A stretch of 62,412 bases of DNA, filler included, from Chiloscyllium plagiosum (Eukaryota), in the NCBI RefSeq assembly GCF_004010195.1. It is 3 parts of one record of this genome, joined end to end, with 100 filler letters (N's around TTAATTAATTAA, not from the genome) between each part and the next. Parts side by side here need not be neighbours in the genome. Positions count along the whole stretch, not along the records: positions 27,152 to 58,137 come from NC_057711.1; 2 more parts are not named here. One strand, given 5' to 3'. Numbering within the stretch: position 1 is the first letter of the stretch; every line of letters starts with the position of its first letter. Shown in pieces: positions 27,152-36,515 of this stretch. The notes below the pieces were generated by a model, which saw only the letters and a list, made by a program, of their open reading frames with translations, did not search any database and was not told the origin of the DNA. The position numbers and the translations under genes are program-made.

Positions 27152-27957
27152 GGAGGAGGGCAGGCTGGGTGCAGGACAATTCCGATGGAGCAGTAATGGG
27201 GGTGACCCGATCACATTGAAGGGTGGACCAGACACAGTGGGCTGAATGGCCTATTTCTGCTGGTCCTGTGTATCACTAATAGGAACCCTCCACAGGACCT
27301 GTTCACTCTGTTCTAAATGTCACAATCTCCAACATCTTGCCTCCCGCCTGATTGGCTCCAACTGCTCGTTTTGTCTTCCATTTCAGACTCTCCGTTCGAG
27401 TGGAACCTGCTCAATGGCGGCTTGATCAATGAACATCTCAGTGGGTGCTTTCTCTCTCTCTCTGGTACCTGGGTGTTTCTGAATGACTCCTGTTTGCCCA
27501 GTGTGCAACACCTTTGTTTACCCAAGGTGCCGTAAATAATGTTGTGACTCCTTTGAGACGTTTATAAAATTTCTGGATGTGAAAGTTAACTCCGTGTGTG
27601 CCCTACTCAGCTCCAGACTGGAATCTAGACTGACTGCTCTCTGCTTCTAACATTGGTTCATTAGATCTATATATTCCCACTGCATCCCTCCGGTTCCCGT
27701 ATCTCCATAGGATGTCCAGGTTTGTAACTGGGGCCTGAAGATTCAGAGGGACCTGTTCTAACTCTGGGGTGGGGCTGAGGTAGAGGCTTCGCTTGGGATC
27801 TTGCTGCTTTTGGTTTCTCACACGGTGGCAGTGGGAGTAGATGGGTGGAGGCAGGGGATACTGGGTGATGGTTGTGAGTAAGATAGACGCAGCGGGAGGA
27901 GTGGGCGCCAGTCTGAGGGAGGGCGCAATGAGGGGCCGTTGGTCATGGGGGGACATG

Positions 27958-29105
27958 ATTTCATTTGATTTGATTTATTATTGACACCGGTACTGAGATA
28001 CAGTGAAATGTATTGTTTTGCGCTAACCAGATAAATCATACATTACATAAGTACATCAGAGCAATAGAACAGAATGCAAAATATAGTGTTACAGCTACAG
28101 AGATGGTGCAGAGAAAGATCAGCTTAATATATTAGCGGTCCATTCACAAGTCTGATAACAGAAGGGAAAGAGCTGTTCTTAAATCTGAGGGTCTTTGATT
28201 GTGCTGGCTGTTTTCCCGAGGGAGCGAGAACTATAGACGGATTCAATGAATAGAAGGCTGGTTTTCATGATGGACTGGGCTGCGTTCACGACTCTGTAGT
28301 TTCTGTAAGAGCAGTTGCAATACCATGCTGTGATGCATCCAGACAGAATACTTTCTGTGGTGCATCTACAAAAATTGGTAAGAGTCATTGTGAATATGCT
28401 AGATTTCCTTAGCCTCCTGAGGAAGTAGTGGCATTGCTGGGCTTTCCTGACTGCAGTGTCGATGAGGATGGACCAGGATAGGTCGCTTGTGAGATCTAGT
28501 CCCAGGAACTTGCCAGGGTCACCACATCTGAGCACCATGAGATGTTGATCCCTCTGCCTTGCCTGAGGGCGCTGTGCGATCCATCCAGTGAACTGAGAAA
28601 CCCTCAGGGCGTAAGGCATAGGCGGGTGAAGCAGGATTGCGCCATGTCTCTGTAAAACACAGCACACAGCAGTCTCGCAGTTCCCTTTGGGCGGTGAGAC
28701 TAGCTCGGACAATGGCTTGGACATTTCCCAGGAGCACGCTGGGGAAGGGGTACGGGGTGCCATGAAACCATGCTGTTTCAGTCTCCCCTGCAGGCCAGCA
28801 TGTCTCCCCCTGTTTCCTGGGGAAGTGGCTGCTTGTGGTGGGGGCCGGGAGTGGGATTGGATGGTCTGCTGTTCCAGAAGGTACGTGGGTGTGTCTGGGT
28901 GGGACCCTGGGCACCAGTCCCAGCCTCGGGCACTTTGGAGGATGTGGGAGTTTTTGTACTTGTTCTGGTCGGACCCCCATTGGTGGGTCACCATGAGGTT
29001 GGGTACAGCCGCAGAGTCGGCTCTCCGATCGGCGCCTGGGCCGGGCCTTCGAGAAACCGGGAAGTGGCCGCTCTCCCTGTTGCCATGGTCATGGTCCCAG
29101 TAGCA
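27958..29105 (-). mobile_element. Rex1/Babar-type LINE with large internal deletion
   Basis: APE start SVLLGNVQ..RDCCVLCFTETW fused to RT tail KFLG..SDLSWS..KAQQ..YFLRRLRK..CTTESILSGCITAWY; (TCAAA)n tail at ~27958-27975. Confidence 0.85.
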
Positions 29106-29236
29106 ACAGTCAGACCCCATAAGTTCACACAGTCGGACCCCGTGCGTTCACACAGTCGGACCCGGTGGGATCACACAGTCAGACTCCGTGGGTTCATACA
29201 GTCGGACCCCGTGGGTTCACACAGTCTAGGGAGGCT

Positions 29237-29745
29237 CTCAGGGTAAGGGTTAGAGGAGAGTATAGGGTCAGGGTTGAGGAAGAGTGTAGGGTCAGGGTTG
29301 AGGGAGGGTGCAGGGGTCAGGGTTGAGGGAGGGTGTGGGAACAGGGTTGAGGTAGAGTGTGGGATCAGGGTTGAGGGTTGGTGTAGGGTTCAGGGTTTTC
29401 GGAGGGTATGCGTTCAGGGTTGAGGGATGGTGTCGAGTCAGGTTTGAGGGAGGGTGCGGGGGTCAGGGTTGAGGTAGAGTGTGGGGCAGAGTTGATGGAC
29501 GGTGTGGACTCAGGGTTGTGGGAAGATGTGGTGTCAGGGTTGGAGGAGGGTGTGGGATCTGGGTTGGGAGAGGGTGTGCAGGCAGGGTTGAGTGAGGGTG
29601 TAGGGATCAGGGTNNNNNNNCGATCCGACTTGGTTGAGTGAAGGTGCAGGGGTCAGGGTTGAGTGATAGTGTAGGGATCAGGGTTAAGGGAGGGTGTGGG
29701 GTCAGGGTTGAGGGAGGATTTAAGAGTCAGGGTTGAGGTGAGGGT
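29237..29745. repeat. G-rich ~24-26 bp minisatellite (GGGTCAGGGTTGAGGGAGGGTGT), preceded by ~21-bp repeat CAGTCGGACCCCGTGGGTTCACA at 29107-29226
   Basis: Recurrent TCAGGGTTGAGG units. Confidence 0.9.
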
Positions 29746-31261
29746 ATTTCCTACAACAGTAGCAACACTTTGAGAGCATACCAATGGTGGGGAAGCACCT
29801 CAGGGCGTGTTGGTGTTGTGAAAGGAGCTATCTAAATGCAAGACTGTCAGTGTTGTGCAGAAGTCATGTGATTCCCTCCTGGTTATTGTCTAGTTTTGGC
29901 ATGTAACCTTAGATCCGTCTCTGGGCTGGGAGAGTGTGTGAGACAGTGTGAGGTGAAGACGCTGTCCAAGGCCCATGTTAAAGCTCTAGGGCCATGGGTA
30001 TAAATCCCACCAGGGCAGCTGGGAGATCTGAATTCAATTAAACGAAATCTGGGAGTCATTATCAGTGACAGTGAACATGAAACTATCATCGATTGTTGCA
30101 TGTGACTCTTAACCCACAGCAATGTGGCTGACTCTTATCTGCCCCCTGAGATGGCTGAGCAAGCCGCACTCAGTTCAGGGTCAATTAGGGGCAGGCTACA
30201 ACTGCTGGGCCAGCCAGCAATGCCCACCTCATTTGGAGGAAAAGTGTACGCAGTGTGCCAGCTGTAGTGTCAGAAGGCACTCCTTCTGCTGGGTTAGTTG
30301 TTTCAAGAAATGCTAGGAACAAGAGCACTGCTCCTGTGTTTACTATCTCACCCAGCTGACACTTCCTGCAATTTGTTTGATAATTTGCGGTCACAGTGGG
30401 TTTGTTTTGTGCTTGGCATTTACTCAGCTGATGGCCATTTGCCAACCTGCTGGAGGGCAGGGGATTGTTCACCTCGGAAAAGGAGGCATTGACAAGACTA
30501 ATCTGTGAAATGAACAGTTAGAGAACTCAACGTCCTCTTTAGTTATTTGAAACAAAGTCAATGGCACATGGTGTTATTGCTGGACTATTTATCCAGAAAC
30601 CCAATAATGTCCTGGGGAGCTTGTTTCAAATCTCATCCATGGTGGAATTTGAATTCAGTAAAAATCTGAAATTAAGATGATGTAAAACCAGCATTAATTG
30701 GTGGAAAGGCCCAGGTGGTTCACTAATGTTCTTTAGGGAGGGATACTGCAATCCTTTCCTGGTCCAGCCTACATGTGACTCCAGACCCACAACAAGATGG
30801 TTGACTCTTAACTGTCCTCCAGGCAGTTAGGGCTGGGTAATAAGCACTGGTCTGGTCCCATGTATGGTTTAACAAATGAACACTGCAGACCCAGAGAGAG
30901 AGGACAGTTGGTTTGTTTTTAATGCTCCCTTTCCTCAAACTCGGTCGACCAGAAAGTGCTTCGTATCCATTGAAGCAATGTTTGGAGTGTTGTCTCAGCG
31001 CACAGCAAAATCCCACCAGTGCTGTCATAATGAGCAGCTTTTTGTGGGCTGGAGGTAGTGTCACAGGGTATGCAGTAGACTGAATCCAAGCAAAGTTGAG
31101 AGGGGGCAGTTTGGGGGTTGAAATGGGAGAGAGATTGGCGGGCGGCTGGAACTGGTCTTTTACATCCCCGGCCAAGTCGACTAGATCTCTGATCACTCAG
31201 GAGAACATGCACAGCAGGATCCCACCCAGAAGACCCCGTTGGAGTGAGTTGGGTCAAACAG

Positions 31262-31645
31262 ATTCCCCCAACTTACCTCACCCCCCACTTCTGTCACCAA
31301 CCTCACCACCCCCTCCCTCAGCAACCTCATCACCCTCCCTATCTCACCAACCTCAACTCTCCCTCCCTAACCATTCTCATCAACCTACCTCATCAATCCC
31401 CCTACCTCACCCACTGCAGAACCCCACCACTCGAACCTCACCCTCCACCTCATCAATCTCCCCCAACTCACCAACCTCAACCCCCCTCCCTCAGCAAGTT
31501 CATCTCCCACCCTATCTCACTCACTTCACCCCCACCCCTCCAACCTTACACTCCACCTCACCAAACTCTTCCCTACCTCACCAATCACCCCCACCTCAAC
31601 CCCACCCTTTCAACCTCACCCCCTTACCTCACACCCCCACCACCC
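31262..31645. repeat. C/A-rich low-complexity degenerate repeat (CCTACCTCACCAACCTCA-like)
   Basis: Near absence of G on plus strand; recurrent acctcac motif. Confidence 0.8.
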
Positions 31646-31856
31646 GAGTGTGGATGGAAACCTGGGTATTTGGAGTGAGGGGCTAAGGTTGGGTCCGGAG
31701 AACAGGCTGGAGGGGCCAAATGGTCACCAATCGGCCCCATGGGTCAGAAAGGATTGCTGAGACTGTGTCACGGGAAGAAACCAGGCCCCACGTCCTCCAG
31801 CTTTCCCCAAACAGAAAGAAATGTTCACGCAGACCAGCCCTTCATATCAAATGATC

Positions 31857-31862
31857 TTTATT
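31857..31862 (-). terminator. Polyadenylation signal AATAAA of the chemokine gene (3' UTR ~1.2 kb)
   Basis: AATAAA on minus strand, preceded by an AU-rich tract and followed by a GT/T-rich tract. Confidence 0.65.
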
Positions 31863-33084
31863 CATTATTACAATATTACAAAATACCATAAAATCGTAGG
31901 CTGGAAACTAAAAACAATTCAGCTTTGAACAAAAGGTCACAGTCCAATCAGACAGCTTATTAAGACTGGGACAGAATATTTCCGAAGACACATATCATCA
32001 CACAGAGAAAGATCCCACATCCAGCTTCCAAAACAGAATGAGACGACCAGCTTTAAAGACTAAGGAGACTACAGGGGGACAGATACGTAAGTAGGTGCTA
32101 TTCCCTGGTGTCGGGGTGGAAGAGAGGCAATAGAGTTTAATTGAACATTCAACGTCAGTATTCACATTATTTTGGGATTGAGCTTTCCCGCTCTCACTCA
32201 CTGTCACATTATGGGTTATTTCATTTCCGTGGCTCAGTCTCAGTAACTGTGTCGATTGAAGACAGGAGCAAATTGGTAGGGAAATGGAATTCTTCCCAAG
32301 CTAAACAAAAGCATCTTCACTCCTGCTGACAACCATGTGGCTCATTCACTTTGACAATGTATTCAAACACAGGATTGATGTGGAATTGAGGGAGTCCAAA
32401 TCCATCACTTGGTTTCAGGGCACGGTGAAACCAATCAGCAATTATATTGAACTCCCCTGCACCCCCCTTCCCAAGGATTCCACAAATGTCAGGGTACGAA
32501 CAGGGTAAAGCTGCCCTAATACCGTCCGCACCAAACACTCCCAGAACAGGCATTACTGAGATTACAGATTAACACTCTCCGTATATTTTTAAACTGAAAA
32601 TAAAGCTCTCTCTACACTGTCCCCATGAAACACTCCCAGGACAGGGGCAGCATAAGGTTAGATGTAGAGTAAAGCTTTTCCTAAAGCTTTTCCTATATAT
32701 GTATATATATATTTGCTGCTCTCTGTGACAGAGAAAGATCCCACAGCCAGCCTCCAAAACAGAATGAGACGATTGGCTTTAAAGGGGGACATATACATCA
32801 GTAGGTGCTATTCCCTTTCACAGAGGTGCCAATTTGACACCGATTTTGTGTTTGGGGGCAATCACACTTGGCATCACAGTGAGACCGTCCATTCTGAATC
32901 CAATTTCACCAATAAGGCCGCAGGAAGGGGAAGTTTGAAAGATGATTGGTCCGTGTCGGGTTTACAAACAAATACAACCCTTAGTCTGACCTCAAGTAAT
33001 GTTGACAACTTTGGTAGATGTTAGTTCTTTTTCTGATTAATGCAGATGTAGCGAATCAAGAGGTTTGTTGACCATCATTTCTTT

Positions 33085-33100
33085 TCATGCCTGTGAATTC
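33085..33100 (-). CDS. CCL19: CC chemokine exon 4 coding part: (R)NSQA-stop
   Basis: Strong acceptor ctttcttctttccag, phase 2 matches exon 3; total CDS 363 nt = 120 aa + stop. An N-gap (33208-33572) in intron 3 could hide another exon. Confidence 0.75.
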
Positions 33101-33974
33101 CTGGAAAGAAGAAAGTTAATATTTGTTAAAGAATTAGAAAACAGCATTTTAGATTGGGGGGAGCGTGTACACGGGGCAGTGGGAGGGGTACTAAATAGGG
33201 GGGTAGGNNNNNNNNNNNNNNNNNNNNNNNNNNNNNNNNNNNNNNNNNNNNNNNNNNNNNNNNNNNNNNNNNNNNNNNNNNNNNNNNNNNNNNNNNNNNN
33301 NNNNNNNNNNNNNNNNNNNNNNNNNNNNNNNNNNNNNNNNNNNNNNNNNNNNNNNNNNNNNNNNNNNNNNNNNNNNNNNNNNNNNNNNNNNNNNNNNNNN
33401 NNNNNNNNNNNNNNNNNNNNNNNNNNNNNNNNNNNNNNNNNNNNNNNNNNNNNNNNNNNNNNNNNNNNNNNNNNNNNNNNNNNNNNNNNNNNNNNNNNNN
33501 NNNNNNNNNNNNNNNNNNNNNNNNNNNNNNNNNNNNNNNNNNNNNNNNNNNNNNNNNNNNNNNNNNNNNNNNCTATGGGGGACGGGATTAAATGAGAGGG
33601 GTAGGGTCAGTGATGGGGTAGAATGTACATGGGGCCAGGGGTGGGAGTAGTTTTTATTGGGGAGAATGAAATATACTTGTGTCTTGCTTGTTTTTCATTC
33701 ACTAAGGGAGTTTCTGCCCAATGATTGCCCAATGTTCAAGCTGCTGTGTGTTAGCTGAAGATTACAATGTGAGGCAGTAGTTTGGGTGGATGGGGCATGT
33801 GGAGGGACTGGAGTCTGTGGGGAGTGTTTTAGAAGGGGACTGTGATGGTGTGTGGGGAAGATTGAAAGGGAGGACGTTTGGGAGAGAGTGAGCTGAAGAT
33901 GGAGGGATCTGGAGAGAGTGTGTTTGGGAAGCAGCAACTGGAAGAGATGTAAAGCAATGAAACAAAACTCTCAC

Positions 33975-34109
33975 CTTCCCAACCGGTGCCTCATCGACCT
34001 CCTTTTCTGACTTGGTTTTGTTTTTTTCATGTCGAGTTTCTTCGTCAGTTTCTTCACCCACTTTTCCTGTGGCGGGCTGCACAGCTGTCTATTCTTCTTT
34101 GTCCGGAAC
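33975..34109 (-). CDS. CCL19: CC chemokine exon 3: FRTKKNRQLCSPPQEKWVKKLTKKLDMKKTKPSQKRRSMRHRLG(R)
   Basis: Acceptor cccaacag, 135 nt, donor AAG|GTGAGA; fourth Cys in RQLCxPP..WV motif closely like CCL19 (RQLCAPP..WV). Confidence 0.95.
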
Positions 34110-34799
34110 CTGTTGGGAAGGTGAAGGGTCAGGGTTAAACATGTGTTTGAAACCTCAGCTGATGAAAGACTAAGAAATTTCCAGTGTCCTTTCTTCAGTA
34201 GTCTCCCTACTCCTGCATCTCCTGGGGTGACATCTTCAACAAATATTCTTTCATGTTAAAGTCCAAAACACCAAATGTTCAGACAGTATGTGACAGATCA
34301 GAAGCTGACATTGGTTGGGGTAGTTTAGTATCAAATCGCCCGAGACAGGGTAAAATTAACACTCTCAAGCATGCGAGTGTGCATGAGGTGTTACATGTGC
34401 ACATGCACATGTGTACTTGCCTGTACATGCGTGTGTCTGGTAATCTCAGGAATGGCAATATTGTGGCCATCTCCACTTTTCCCAGGTCTGGGCTCAGGCG
34501 TGACCTCCTGCCCTTTAGGTGGGAGCCATTCCCAGTTGGGACCGTGAGCGGAAAATGGGAAAAGACAGATAGTCTAGCAGCATGGACAGGCAAACAGAAG
34601 ATGAAACGAATGCACAGAAGTGTTTGGGGATGCACTGTGGCAGATGAGATAGAGAGAGGCATTGCAGACTTAATGATGCAGTGATAAACAGTGACGGGGG
34701 TCCCGATGTGACATGGGCATCAGTCTTTGCAGATGGCAAGATATTTAGCAAAACTGATGGAATCTTGGGCTTCATAAATTGAGTCATAGAGCACAGGGC

Positions 34800-35002
34800 T
34801 GAAAATGTGTTGCTGGAAAAGCGCAGCAGGTCAGGCAGCATCCAAGGAACAGGAGAATCGATGTTTCGGGCATAAGCCCTTATTCAAGAACATTCCCGAA
34901 ACGTCGATTCTCCTGTTCCTTGGATGCTGCCTGACCTGCTGCGCTTTTCCAGCAACACATTTTCAGCTCTGATCTCCAGCATCTGCAGTCCTCACTTTCT
35001 CC
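34800..35002. mobile_element. Short fold-back family-A insert in chemokine intron 2
   Basis: 16-bp TSD tcatagagcacagggc (34784-34799, 35003-35018); ~70-bp inverted arms. Confidence 0.85.
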
Positions 35003-35520
35003 TCATAGAGCACAGGGCCAGGGATGCTATTCCTAGGTTAGGTCTCAACCAGAGAAATTCCTCCAGTTCAGAACATTTTGGGAAGGGTCTGGGACTCCTC
35101 AAGAGGATGTGGTGGGAGATTTCCCAGAGTGGTTCCGGGGATGAGGTATACCAGAGTTTCAGATAAAAGACAAATCTAAACTCTTGGCTGATGGTTCTTG
35201 AATGAGGGGGGCACAGATTTAGGATTTTGGATAAGTATTGCAGAGGGAATGTGAGGAGGAAGGATTTTCTTTAACACAGTGAGTGGGAGTAGGCTAGATC
35301 TTGCTGCATGTGGAGAGAGAGAGGCTGGAAGTGGAGAAGGTTTGAAATTGAAACCGGATAGGGAGCTAAACCGGCAGGATTACAGGATCGAGACGGTGTT
35401 CAGGGTTGATGGGGATTGCTCCATTGAGCAGACCCTAATGGGCCGAGCGGCCTCCTTCTGAGTCGACTTGCACCCGAGGGTGGAAGAAGGTGTGAGGGAC
35501 ATGCCTGAGTCGATACTTAC

Positions 35521-35647
35521 ACGACAGCGTGTATTTTGCAGCCGTCGCTGGGCAGTTGTATTCGGTAGCTGTGCAAGATCTTCAAGGGAATCTTGCTTGG
35601 GCTGGTGGTGAGGCAGCAATCCTGCGTAGCCATGCTGTCCTCATTGG
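35521..35647 (-). CDS. CCL19: CC chemokine exon 2: (A)NEDSMATQDCCLTTSPSKIPLKILHSYRIQLPSDGCKIHAV(V)
   Basis: Polypyrimidine acceptor ttcttccttccag, 127 nt, donor GT|GTAAGT; DCCL motif and DGC..AVV typical of CCL19/21/25 group; phases 1 and 2 as in CC chemokine genes. Confidence 0.95.
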
Positions 35648-36330
35648 CTGGAAGGAAGAACAAAGAGAGTTTAGATGCATTTAATAATCATCATCCAGTG
35701 ACAGTAACCCCACAGCAAGGTGGGTGACAGAGTTACTGGGACACCCACACCAGGCTGTAGGAGTTGAAAACAGAGGCAGAAAAGAAAGGGGGGAATTCTC
35801 CTCCGGAATCCCACTTGCATTCACGGCCTTCTCCCTTACCTTTATTTTCTGGAATTAGCCAGGCTGAGGCATTACATTGTCATCAGAGAACTTTGAATAC
35901 TTGGGAAAGTCATTAAGAACATCTCTAAGTAAGTAGAGAATTGAGGTGACAGCATGCGGTAGTGCAGAACACAAGACCCTTTGGTCCATCATATATGTAC
36001 TCCTGGCCCTATGAAAGAGCTAGCCAGTCAGTCCCACTGTCCCTGCTCCCGTTTCCCTGCACCCCTGGAAACGTCATTCCTCCCATTATTTAACGGTTAC
36101 TACTTTCTAACGGTTACTACTGAATCTGCTCCCACAGACCTTGTAGAAACATGAAAAAGAAAAAAAACAAATATCTCCTCTTCTCCACCCAACCTCCCAC
36201 CTCTCACCTTCTCCACATTTATCTACAGTGTATGTTCCCAGCAATCTGCCTCTGACTACAGTTTCTCTGTCTCCCCAGTTTTTCTGTTGAAATATCTCAG
36301 TTACACCTCACCTGCGAGAGGCTTACTGAC

Positions 36331-36415
36331 CTTGAGAAATGCCCCAGAGAGAGGCGGCAATGATGAGGAGGAGGGTAGCAGTAGAGGTGACTGTTCCCTT
36401 CATGATGCGCTGCAT
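36331..36415 (-). CDS. CCL19: CC chemokine (CCL19-like) exon 1, signal peptide MQRIMKGTVTSTATLLLIIAASLWGISQ
   Basis: ATG at 36415 (second in-frame ATG at 36403), hydrophobic signal peptide, phase-1 donor AAG|GTCAGT; TATA box ~95 nt upstream. Symbol is best family match, orthology not proven. Confidence 0.88.
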
Positions 36416-36507
36416 ATAGCTGTTCTTTGAGCAGTTCAGCTCAGGGCTCTCTCTCTCTCTCTCTCTGACTTGAGCTGTTGCTACTCTGTGCTGTCTTCAA
36501 ATCAGGC

Positions 36508-36515
36508 TATTTATA
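36508..36515 (-). promoter_or_regulatory. TATA box (TATAAATA) of the chemokine gene, with adjacent AP-1 site TGACTCA (36541-36547) and RUNX-like AACCACA (~36560-36566)
   Basis: Consensus motifs directly upstream of exon 1 on the correct strand. Confidence 0.7.

Noticed and set aside
31096..31686. Pro/Ser/Thr-rich mucin-like ORF
   Set aside because: Product of C/A-rich low-complexity DNA; no splice support and wrong strand for the C8 gene
33762..34082. ORF MQPATGKVGEE, and MLPHHQPKQ at 35380-35619
   Set aside because: Alternative frames overlapping chemokine exons 3 and 2
36305..36326. Alternative donors (GTAAGC, GTGAGG) after chemokine exon 1
   Set aside because: They would cause a frameshift or include an in-frame TAA
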